From assembly GCA_965249725.1 (NCBI GenBank), contig CBDFMQ010000002.1, forward strand, positions 2,656,001 to 2,720,000: a stretch of 64,000 nt of DNA, given 5' to 3'. Positions within the stretch are counted from its first letter, which is position 1; every line of letters starts with the position of its first letter. The notes beneath the pieces are model-generated. The model did no database searches. It was not told the DNA's origin and saw nothing but the letters and a program-made list of their open reading frames with translations. The DNA comes from Longimicrobiales bacterium (GTDB lineage: Bacteria > Gemmatimonadota > Gemmatimonadetes > Longimicrobiales > Gaopeijiaceae). Of the stretch, positions 19,531 to 28,002 are shown piece after piece. Position numbers and translations under genes: made by a program.

Positions 19531-20378
19531 ACCGGTTCGTCCCCCTCCGTCCAGAGGTGGCGCAGAAACCGCGCCGGCTGCGCCAGAAAATCCCTCATCA
19601 GGTTCACGTGCTCCAGCTCCTCGAAGGCTACGCTACCGACAGGTCGCTGATCGAAGCTGTAGATCTTGGCTCCGGGGATGGCCATCAGGATCGGCGAGTG
19701 GGTGGCGATGAGGAACTGAGAGCCATCGTCCACACTGTCCTTGATCATCGCCAGGAATGCCAGCTGGCTCTGCGGAGACAGCGCGGCCTCGGGCTCGTCC
19801 AAGAGGTAGAGGCCACCGGGCACCAAACGTGATTGGAAGAGCTTGAGAAAACTCTCCCCGTGGGAGTTCGCATCCAGGTTCTCACCGTACCTACCCTCCA
19901 TCTCACCCAGCGAGCGGTTGGCCGGGCCCTTTGCGAGCATCCGCGCGTACTCCGAGCGATCCTGATAGGCTTCGTCGATATTCCGGAGATCTTCCCTGAA
20001 CTCCGCCCGCATCTCCACCAGCCGGCGCGCAAAGCCGAAGAAGTCCTCCGCTCGAAGGAAGAACCCGAGACGGCTGCGGCGATTCCAGACCAGCTTCAGG
20101 CACTTGGCCAATCGGCCCTGAGCTTCGAGGCTCCGGTCCCGGGAGGCTGCAACGGAACCCACGGTCGGCAGCCCCGTAGCGATGGCCAGTGCCTCCATGA
20201 GCGTCGACTTTCCTGAGCCGTTCTCCCCGACGAAACAGCACACGGGACCGTCCAGATCGAGAGCCTCGAGCCCCTGGAGTGAAGTGACTGAAAAGGGAAA
20301 CGCCTTAGGGCTCCCGTCATCTTCCGGGAGCCTGAGCTCGATTCGCCTTAAAGGGGTGTCGTGCGACAGAAGGTCCAC
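19527..20378 (-). CDS. ABC/AAA_21-type ATPase (COG3910-like)
   Basis: GENGSGKST, SHGESF, LLDEPEAALSP, ATHSPIL; start uncertain. Confidence 0.88.
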   Translation of the reverse strand: MDLLSHDTPLRRIELRLPEDDGSPKAFPFSVTSLQGLEALDLDGPVCCFVGENGSGKSTLMEALAIATGLPTVGSVAASRDRSLEAQGRLAKCLKLVWNRRSRLGFFLRAEDFFGFARRLVEMRAEFREDLRNIDEAYQDRSEYARMLAKGPANRSLGEMEGRYGENLDANSHGESFLKLFQSRLVPGGLYLLDEPEAALSPQSQLAFLAMIKDSVDDGSQFLIATHSPILMAIPGAKIYSFDQRPVGSVAFEELEHVNLMRDFLAQPARFLRHLWTEGDEPV

Positions 20379-20481
20379 CTCGGCCGATGTGCTACGAAGG
20401 AGGGTGGCCCCTGGCCATCGAACCTCCGAACGCTCATCCTCAGTATTCCAGTGATCGGAATCAAGTCGGAGGCTCGAGAAC

Positions 20482-21849
20482 ATGACGATCAAGACGGTGA
20501 ATCCCGCCACCGAAAAGGTTCTTTCAGAGTATCCTGAGATGTCCGAGTCGGATGTCGAGACGGTCGTTCGTGAGGCGGATCGAGCGTTCCACGAGTGGCG
20601 TCGCGTTACACTCGCGGACCGCATCGAGCGGCTCCGCGCGCTGGCGGATCGGTTGCGCGAGGGTGAAGCGGACTACGCAGCCCTCATGAGCCGCGAGATG
20701 GGAAAGCCCCTTGCGGAGGGCGCCGCCGAAATCCAGAAGTGCGTGTGGGGCTGCGAGTATTACGCCGACCACGCCGTCGATTTCCTGGCCGACGAGGTGA
20801 TCGAGTCAGACGCGTCCCGTAGCTTCATCACCTACCAGCCTATCGGTGTGGTTCTGGCCGTCATGCCCTGGAACTTCCCGTTTTGGCAGGTCATCCGCTT
20901 CGCGGCTCCGACGCTGACCGCCGGCAACACGGCGATCCTCAAGCATGCGCCCAACGTCACCGGGTGCGCCTTGGCAATCGAGGCGTTGTTCCGGGCGGCG
21001 GGATACCCGGATCACGTCTTCAGCAGCCTCGTGGTGGACGTCCCCGCGGTGGAAGGGATCATCCGTGACGATCGCATCCAGGCAGTGACGCTCACCGGCA
21101 GTACTCGGGCGGGCAAGGCGGTCGCCGCCACGGCCGGGTCGGCCATCAAGAAGACCGTGCTGGAGCTCGGCGGCAGCGACCCGAGCGTCGTGCTGGCAGA
21201 CGCCGACGTGGCTGCGGCGGCCTCCGCATGTGTCACGAGCCGGCTCCTCAACGCCGGGCAAAGCTGCATCGCGGCGAAGCGGCTCATCGTGGTGGACGCC
21301 GTGCGGGACGAGTTCGAAGCGGCCGTCGTGGAGCGGATGTCCGAAGCCGTGGTGGGAAACCCCATGGATGCGGCCACGACCGTAGGCCCCATCGCCCGGG
21401 CCGATCTCAGGGACAACCTGCACCGCCAGGTCACCGAGAGCGTAGCCGGGGGTGCCCGAAGCCTGCTGGGTAGCGACCTACCTGAGACTCCGGGCTACTT
21501 CTACCCCTCGACCGTTCTTACCGATGTGGCTCCGGGAATGCCGGCCTATGACGAAGAGATCTTCGGGCCGGTCGCCGTGATCATCCCGGTGGCCGACGAA
21601 GAGGAGGCCTTGCGGGTAGCGAACGACACCGCGTATGGGCTCGGGGCTTCGATCTACACGCAAGACGTGGAGCGGGGACAACGCTTAGCGGCCGAGGCGC
21701 TGGACGCAGGGGCATGCTTCGTGAACTCGTTCCCGCGGTCCGATCCCCGACTCCCTTTCGGCGGCACCAAGCAGAGCGGATACGGACGGGAACTCTCGCC
21801 GTTCGGAATCCTGGAGTTCGTGAACATCAAGACGATCTGGGTCGCCTGA
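20482..21849 (+). CDS. NAD(P)-dependent succinate-semialdehyde dehydrogenase (Sad/GabD1-like)
   Basis: MPWNFPFWQ, TLTGSTRAG, LELGGSDP, NAGQSCIAAKR, EEIFGP, PFGGTKQSGYGREL. Confidence 0.92.
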   Translation: MTIKTVNPATEKVLSEYPEMSESDVETVVREADRAFHEWRRVTLADRIERLRALADRLREGEADYAALMSREMGKPLAEGAAEIQKCVWGCEYYADHAVDFLADEVIESDASRSFITYQPIGVVLAVMPWNFPFWQVIRFAAPTLTAGNTAILKHAPNVTGCALAIEALFRAAGYPDHVFSSLVVDVPAVEGIIRDDRIQAVTLTGSTRAGKAVAATAGSAIKKTVLELGGSDPSVVLADADVAAAASACVTSRLLNAGQSCIAAKRLIVVDAVRDEFEAAVVERMSEAVVGNPMDAATTVGPIARADLRDNLHRQVTESVAGGARSLLGSDLPETPGYFYPSTVLTDVAPGMPAYDEEIFGPVAVIIPVADEEEALRVANDTAYGLGASIYTQDVERGQRLAAEALDAGACFVNSFPRSDPRLPFGGTKQSGYGRELSPFGILEFVNIKTIWVA

Positions 21850-21940
21850 CGGGTTGGCATCTTTCCTGCATCTGAACCTCGGTAGGTGAGCGCACGAGCG
21901 TGCGCAGCGACGAGCACAATCAGATTCAGCAGGAGGCACG

Positions 21941-22648
21941 ATGATCAGCACGGGAACCAGGTCGTACACACTTACGGCCCTGACCCTTCTCCTCGCCGGC
22001 TCCACCGGAGCCTGTGCGCACGTGGGTCAGGATCAGTTCGACGCGGAGGTCCAGTCCCTGCGCCGTCAGATCGAGGAGGGCGACCGGGTCAACCAGCAGG
22101 GTCTGGATGATCTGGGAAGGCGGACCGACGACCAGATGGAGGAAATCTCGGCCCGTCTCGACGGGCTGGCGCGTGGTCTCTCGACACTCCAAGGCGAGTT
22201 CGACGTCACGGTGGAGCGTCTGGAGAGCGCCGTCCGCTTCGACATGCCGGTCTACTTCGCCTTCGACGAGGCGGTTTTGCGGTCGGAGGACCTTCCGGTC
22301 CTGGACCGATTCAGCAGCGTCGTCGCCGAGTTCTACCCCCAAGCGCTAATCACTGTGGAGGGGTTCACCGATCCCGCTGGTCCGGAAGCGTACAACCGAC
22401 AGCTAGGACTACGACGGGCAGACGCGGTCCGTGGCTACCTCGTGGAGTCAGGCGGACTCGCCGAGACCAGCTTCAAGACCGTGAGTTACGGGGAAGACAC
22501 GGCTCGCCTGGTGGCACCGGGTCAGGCCGGCCGGGAAAAGGGCTGGCAGAACAGGAGAGTCGCCCTCGTCATCGAGCACCTCGGTGAGTTGAGCGCCGGC
22601 GTGGGCGCCGGTGACGTGACCGACGGGGTCGATGGAGAGTCGCACTAG
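21941..22648 (+). CDS. OmpA-family lipoprotein with coiled-coil N-terminus
   Basis: Lipobox TGAC; VYFAFD, VEGFTD, YNRQLGLRRADAV, SYGE, NRRV. Confidence 0.92.
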   Translation: MISTGTRSYTLTALTLLLAGSTGACAHVGQDQFDAEVQSLRRQIEEGDRVNQQGLDDLGRRTDDQMEEISARLDGLARGLSTLQGEFDVTVERLESAVRFDMPVYFAFDEAVLRSEDLPVLDRFSSVVAEFYPQALITVEGFTDPAGPEAYNRQLGLRRADAVRGYLVESGGLAETSFKTVSYGEDTARLVAPGQAGREKGWQNRRVALVIEHLGELSAGVGAGDVTDGVDGESH

Positions 22649-23143
22649 GCCGGAGCTACGATCTCCAACTCGGTGGTGATGTCGACGCATCCCTCGATCG
22701 TTCTGTAGACCGGGCAGAATCCGTGATGCACTTCGTGTGAGCGCCGGGCGGTTTCCTCGTCCGCGGCGTCCGCAACCAGGTGGTAGAGAACATGGATCCG
22801 CTTGATCACGAGGACGCCGTCCTCCTTTTCGACTTCACCTCTCACGTCTGAAATGAGCCGTCCGTCGCTAGCCGATATCCCGCGCGCCTCCAGCGCGCCT
22901 CCGAGGGTCCCGGTCAGTCAGCCACCGGCGGCGGCCATGACGTGGTCGAGCGTCGTCGCGAACTCCTCCTCCGGCTCGACCCCATAGTGCTCGGCGATGG
23001 CGCCGTGCACGCCGAACATCGTCGGCTGGGGGGGTGGCGGGTAGGTAGGCTCGGCGTACCGGGCCCTTCATGCGTTCGATGCGGATGTCCGCCGTGTAGA
23101 CCACGTCACCCATCGGGGCTTCTCCCATCGGGGCTTCTCCCAT
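22645..23143 (-). CDS. OsmC-family protein with in-frame UGA (putative selenocysteine) and a +1 frameshift in a G7 run
   Basis: Joined translation MGEAPMGEAPMGDVVYTADIRIERMKGPVRRAYLPATP/QPTMFGVHGAIAEHYG...DHVMAAAGG*LTGTLGGALEARG...HHGFCPVYRTI. TGA at 22918-22920 is in frame with the stop at 22645; G7 at 23028-23034. Confidence 0.82.
22879..22917 (-). promoter_or_regulatory. Candidate bacterial SECIS hairpin
   Basis: 19 nt after the UGA: GCGCGC-UGGAG-GCGCGC, with flanking CCC/GGG able to pair; G in the second loop position. Confidence 0.6.
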
Positions 23144-23297
23144 TGTGGCTTCTCCCTTGATTGAGGTGCCCGATGGTATCGGCGGACCACGGGCGTGAGC
23201 AAGCGACGGGGGAACCTCCGCCCGACCTGGGATCGTATGTAAGGGTGCAGAGCCAGGGTCGTTGGCGAACCGGCAGTTGATCCGAGGGGGGTGCGGC

Positions 23298-24203
23298 ATG
23301 AGCGAGCGCGGTGGGGTCCCCATCATCTGGTCTTCCCGATACGAGGTGGACATCGGAAAGCACGTCTTTCCCGTGGAGAAGTACCGGCTGGTGAAGGATC
23401 GACTCAAAGAGACCGGCTGGCTCGAGAGGGCCCGGCTCGAATCACCGGAGCCGGCCTCGGAAGAGGCGATCCTCAGAGTCCATACGCCCGCCTATTGGGA
23501 GAAGATCACGACGGGGACCTTCACGTCCATGGAGGAACGTATCCTGGAGGTGCCGTTCTCTGATCGGCTGAGAGAAGCGTCCGTCCTGTGCGCCGGAGGA
23601 ACCACTCAGGCCGGACGATTGGCCGCCGAAGAGGGAGTAGCCGTTCACCTAGGCGGGGGATTCCATCATGCCTTCGCCGATCACGGCGAGGGCTTCTGTC
23701 TGCTCAACGACATCGCCATCGCGGCGGCCGGGCTGTTGGCGGAGGGTGTCGTCGAGCGCATCGCGGTCGTCGATCTCGATGTCCATCACGGGAATGGCAC
23801 CGCGTCCATCTTCGCGGACGAACCGCGGGTCTTCACGTTTTCCATGCATCACCAATGGAATTACCCGGCCCTGAAACCGGCTGGCGATCTGGACGTCGGC
23901 CTGGAAGATGGAGTGGGAGATGAAGAGTATCTCGGGCTTCTCGGGGAGCACCTGCCCCGCGTCCTCGATGAACATCAACCCCAGCTGATCCTCTATCTCG
24001 CCGGCGCCGACCCGTACGAGGCCGATCAGCTCGGAGGGCTGGCACTCACGAAGGAGGGCTTGAGAGCCAGGGATGAGCGGGTGCTGACGGTGGCCCGGGA
24101 TGCCGGCGTCGGCGTGGCGATCACCCTTGCCGGGGGATACGCCATTCGACCCGCGGATACCGTGGCGATTCATTGCGGAACGGTGGAAGCGGCTCTGTCC
24201 TGA
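23298..24203 (+). CDS. Histone-deacetylase-family (class II-like) amidohydrolase
   Basis: HVFPVEKY, GGGFHHA, GEGFCLLND, DLDVHHGNGT, AGADP..D.LG, AGGY. Confidence 0.95.
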   Translation: MSERGGVPIIWSSRYEVDIGKHVFPVEKYRLVKDRLKETGWLERARLESPEPASEEAILRVHTPAYWEKITTGTFTSMEERILEVPFSDRLREASVLCAGGTTQAGRLAAEEGVAVHLGGGFHHAFADHGEGFCLLNDIAIAAAGLLAEGVVERIAVVDLDVHHGNGTASIFADEPRVFTFSMHHQWNYPALKPAGDLDVGLEDGVGDEEYLGLLGEHLPRVLDEHQPQLILYLAGADPYEADQLGGLALTKEGLRARDERVLTVARDAGVGVAITLAGGYAIRPADTVAIHCGTVEAALS

Positions 24204-24215
24204 TTCCGGCGGCGA

Positions 24216-24830
24216 TCAGCGGGGGAGGTCCATTACCTCCGTGACCTCCGTACCGATTCTCGTCTGAGCCGCGCGCAACGAACCCTCTTCGTCCACATTG
24301 TACTCCCCGCTCCAGAGGACGCCCCCCCCGTCGACGCGGAGGAGTTCGGCTACCAGTACTGTCGATGACCCACGCTCGACCTCACGCCCCACGAGCACCA
24401 TGTCCGCCGCGAGTAGACGCCCCACCGCCAGCGCGTCACCGCCGGGCGCCAAGAGGTCGGCGGTGCTTGCGGGGCCGAATACGCCTAGGTCTTTGGGATC
24501 CATCCGGCTGAAGTACGAGGCAAGACCTTCGCCGAAACCGGCGTAGCGGCTCGATCCAGGGGTCGTACCCTGGAAAGGGAGGATCGCAATCACCGGCCGC
24601 CCCTCCGGAATCCGACTCCTGCCCTCCAGGATCATGAAGGTCAACGATCCGACGACGAGGACCGAGACCGTGAGGACGATCGCCGCAAGGGTGCGACGGG
24701 CAGCGGCACGTCTGTCTTGGCGTGACGGTCCCCGTCCAGGTTCAGATCCCCGGCTCACTTCCGGGCCTGGTGCGGGTTCTGATCCCGGTCCTGCTCCTGT
24801 CCCTGGGGGTGTCTCGGAGGGTCGGCTCAT
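24216..24830 (-). CDS. Membrane-anchored TolB_N-like domain protein
   Basis: Pro/Gly-rich N-terminus, single TM, IAILPF ... VGRLLAADMVLVG ... AELLRV..G.VLWS. Confidence 0.7.
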   Translation of the reverse strand: MSRPSETPPGTGAGPGSEPAPGPEVSRGSEPGRGPSRQDRRAAARRTLAAIVLTVSVLVVGSLTFMILEGRSRIPEGRPVIAILPFQGTTPGSSRYAGFGEGLASYFSRMDPKDLGVFGPASTADLLAPGGDALAVGRLLAADMVLVGREVERGSSTVLVAELLRVDGGGVLWSGEYNVDEEGSLRAAQTRIGTEVTEVMDLPR

Positions 24831-25714
24831 GGGAGGAAGCTGATGCCCAGACCGAAGAAGCTCTCGTCCATTTCGTCCATTTGCATCATCGGTGACGAAC
24901 CGAAGTGACCCCGCGCCTCGAGGCGCAGGAGTCGTCCGTTGACCCTGGCCCCCATCCCGGCCACCAGCGTCGTCCCTGGATTTCGGGTGAAGGACGGGTA
25001 TTCGAGGTTAGCGGCGACGAAGGGCCAAACTCGGTCATCCGCTCCAGAGCCACTGGGGTCCCACTCCAACCCGGTCCGAAAGGCGCCTCTCGAAAGCCTC
25101 GGGTTGATATGGAAGTTGAGATCACCGCCGGCATAGATCCGTCCACCGCCGCCGAACGTCCTTGCCAGCAGGCCCTCGACTCCATCCTTCGTTCACTGAA
25201 GCAGCTCGCCATCCCGTTGTAGGGTGCTCTCCGGAAAGCGGGTCAGGTAGTCGTCCCCCACATGCGAACTCATATGGCGTACCGTGATTCTCACCTGCCA
25301 CTCGTCGTGGCGGACGGCGATGGGCAGACCGACCCGATAGTCGATGTTGATCAGGTCCTTCTGCGTGCTCTGCATATAGAACCGTGAGAAGATGCCCAAC
25401 TCGTAGCCCAGAGTCACCGCGCGGTCGATCGTAGAGCCACCGTCCATGCGAAGGATGTCCAAGCTATGACCGATCACTACCTCCGCCTCGATGTTGCGGC
25501 CCGGATAGTCCAGGGCATCCGGCCGGTCCGCGAGGATGAAGGATCCCCTGAACTGGGTTTCTCGCGGAGCTGCGAGGAGGGGATCGAAGGGACGCAGGCC
25601 AGGCAACCAGCGTGGCGTCTCCTGTCCCTCGAGCGGCGCGGGACGCACGGAGGGGCCGACGAGGGCCAGGAAGAGGAGTGCCGACACCACCCTCGCCGAT
25701 AGACGGAGTCTCAC
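24827..25714 (-). pseudogene. DUF1207-like outer-membrane protein interrupted by an in-frame TGA
   Basis: Signal peptide, DPLLAAPRE, DLINIDYRVG, HMSSHVGDDY. After TGA at 25193-25195 the same frame continues TKDGVEGLL...SFFGLGISFLP to the stop at 24827. Confidence 0.75.
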
Positions 25715-25726
25715 TCGCGGACGCGT

Positions 25727-27856
25727 CTACTCGAACGACCCAGGAACCGCCTCCTCCAACTCGGTCGCCAACTCCTCCGCCGAACGCATCTTCGAGAGAT
25801 CCAACTCGTAGTCGGGCAACTCTTGGGGTTGGAGCTTCTCGACCAACTCACGAGTCTCCCGTCCGGAAAGACCCATGTCCTTGAGATTCTCAGGCGTGAG
25901 GGCCGACGCATCCGCCCTGGCCCGCACACCCCCTTCGTCACCCTCGAGTAGATGCCGCAGAGCAGTCATCTCGGCTCGGCTCATGGGCTCCGCGCCCACG
26001 TTGTAGTCGAGCCACGCCTCATAGCTGAGGGGGGCTACACGCTTCAGCATTCCCGCCATCACCCGGGCAAACTCCTGGATCTCCCACTGGGCGTGAGGAT
26101 CGGCCCGAAGCGTCAGGAAGTGGAAGAGGTTGTGAAGATCGATCTTCCAATACCACTGCGTATACGTGGAGAGAGGCAGATCGATGCGGGCGAGTTCGCG
26201 CGCGACCTCCTCCTCGACCATCCAGCGGTACCCCTGCGACGCCTCCCTCCTGACCCGCTCCCAGTGCGCCACCGTCTTCTCGTACAACTCCACCGGAGCC
26301 GGTTCGGACTGCCGCCCCTGACTGTTTTCGGCGCTCTGGAGCGAGAAGTGCTCCAGGTCCGGCTTGTAGAAGAGGAGCGGCATCAAGGAATAACGGCCGC
26401 TGTACTCGTTTACTGAGTTGTGGGTGACGATGCCGTTGGCGATGAAGTTGTGAAACGGACCCTCGACCTCAAGGTCATAGGTCTCGCACACACCGACATA
26501 CTCGAAACGCTCGACACGAACGAGCCGGGTGTTGCTGAGCTTGTTCCACGGCACCCGCGGCCGCCTCTGCCACTCTGTTCGGGTCGGGCCGCCGCCGAGG
26601 CGTTCGACGTACTCCAGCTCGTTCCCCGTGACTTCTCGATGGCATGGGGCACAGAGGGTCGTGAGGTTCGTTACTTCCCTGGCCTGCGATTCATCGGCCC
26701 AAACCGGGACGATGTGATGGCAGTGCAGCTCAGCGGCCCTCTGAGCGCAGAGCTGGCAAGTCCATCCATTCGCAGAGTGTACACGGGAGGCGACCTGAGT
26801 CGTCCATCGACCGATGGCGTCCCGCTCCGGAGAAATCCCGCCACGCCAGAAGTTGGAGGCGGACCCGCCCCGGGCCCGTCGGTTCGCTTCGATCCAATCA
26901 TCGGATAGTTGCCGAGGCCCGAGCTCATACGTCTGATCCTTGTTCCACGGTGCCTCACCTTCAGAGAAACGTCCGCGTTCCGGATCCGTGAGTTGATGGC
27001 GTGTCAGCCACTTCCTGATGGTGTGACATGAGACTCCGCAATCCTCCGCGATGTCGCCGATACTCCGTTTCTTCTCGGTGTACTGTCGGTCCAGCCACTC
27101 CCTGTCCTGATAGAGGGCGGGAGCCTCGGCAACTAGGCCGTTCACGTGAACGTAGTAGTCGCCCTCCCTCCACACGGCGCGGCCACCCTTCTCCTCGAGC
27201 CCGGCGGCTTGATGCAGGGTGCCCCAGCCATCAACGAATCTGAAACGGTGGTCCGCCGTGGCCGTGATCTCCTTGCCGTCCGCCAGGACCATCTTGAACA
27301 CGTGCTTGGGGCCGTTCTTAAAGACATCGACGACCCGCGTATGCTTGATGCGGCCCGTCTCCTCATCCATCTGACGGAGCCGCATCGCCATCACGCGGGC
27401 GCGACGACGATAGGGATTCCGTTGCTTGTCAGGTCGATGTCGATTGACGGTCGGTTGGAACCGCCGCCATACATCCTCGATAGGCAGCTTATATAGCTGG
27501 TTCCCCCTCCGGCGCACGCCACCCGGCAAGTCGAAGTAGATCTCGGTGCCCTCCGCCAAACAGGCCGTGCGATGTCGTATCCACTGGCGTGCCACGAACA
27601 TCGGCATGGCACAGTGAAATTTGAGCTCGACCATCTCGCTGGGCGTCGTATGGTGGTGGCGGCGCAGATACCGGATCAACCCACGCGTTTGGCTCACCTT
27701 GCGGGTGCCGTATCCGTAGCTGACGCGCGCGGCGCGCTCCACATCCTCGTCGGTACCCATGTAGTCGACCAGGGCCACGAATCCGTGGTCGAGGACCGGA
27801 AAGTACCCCCCCACGATCTCCTCGGTGGCGGGGTTGGTGGGTCTCTTCGTTTCCAT
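25727..27856 (-). CDS. thyX: FAD-dependent thymidylate synthase ThyX precursor containing an intein
   Basis: AARVSYG, LIRYL..H.HTTPSE, PMFVARQWIRHRTA//SVNEYSGRYS, RELARIDLP, LHNLFHFLTLR..PHAQWEI; predicted spliced product 327 aa. Confidence 0.97.
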   Translation of the reverse strand: METKRPTNPATEEIVGGYFPVLDHGFVALVDYMGTDEDVERAARVSYGYGTRKVSQTRGLIRYLRRHHHTTPSEMVELKFHCAMPMFVARQWIRHRTACLAEGTEIYFDLPGGVRRRGNQLYKLPIEDVWRRFQPTVNRHRPDKQRNPYRRRARVMAMRLRQMDEETGRIKHTRVVDVFKNGPKHVFKMVLADGKEITATADHRFRFVDGWGTLHQAAGLEEKGGRAVWREGDYYVHVNGLVAEAPALYQDREWLDRQYTEKKRSIGDIAEDCGVSCHTIRKWLTRHQLTDPERGRFSEGEAPWNKDQTYELGPRQLSDDWIEANRRARGGSASNFWRGGISPERDAIGRWTTQVASRVHSANGWTCQLCAQRAAELHCHHIVPVWADESQAREVTNLTTLCAPCHREVTGNELEYVERLGGGPTRTEWQRRPRVPWNKLSNTRLVRVERFEYVGVCETYDLEVEGPFHNFIANGIVTHNSVNEYSGRYSLMPLLFYKPDLEHFSLQSAENSQGRQSEPAPVELYEKTVAHWERVRREASQGYRWMVEEEVARELARIDLPLSTYTQWYWKIDLHNLFHFLTLRADPHAQWEIQEFARVMAGMLKRVAPLSYEAWLDYNVGAEPMSRAEMTALRHLLEGDEGGVRARADASALTPENLKDMGLSGRETRELVEKLQPQELPDYELDLSKMRSAEELATELEEAVPGSFE
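26417..27562 (-). mobile_element. Intein (382 aa) with HTH and HNH homing endonuclease
   Basis: Block A CLAEGTEI, block B ITATADHRF, block F TYDLEVEGPFHNFIANG, block G VTHN followed by Ser; internal CQLC...HCHHIVP...NLTTLCAPCH. Confidence 0.95.
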
Positions 27857-27892
27857 ATTTCGGGGCTCCCGGCCGCGGCCGGTGAGGTGGGA

Positions 27893-27906
27893 CGAACAGG
27901 TGTTCG
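27893..27906. promoter_or_regulatory. Palindrome CGAAC-AGGT-GTTCG (Gram-positive-type LexA box pattern)
   Basis: Perfect 5-4-5 dyad starting 37 nt upstream of the thyX ATG. Confidence 0.5.
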
Positions 27907-28002
27907 AATAGATCCAAAGGGGGTGTCACCCGCAAGCGGGAGGGCGCACTTAAATATCCGACGCATCAGCCCGCGAATATCGGGCAGCCAACAGCCGGAA
28001 GC

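Noticed and set aside
19527..20378. Defence-system ATPase
   Set aside because: Stand-alone COG3910-like ATPase with no adjacent nuclease or effector.
25193..25195. Selenocysteine in the DUF1207-like protein or in the lactate permease (59977)
   Set aside because: Neither position looks like a Cys site and no properly placed SECIS-like hairpin was seen.
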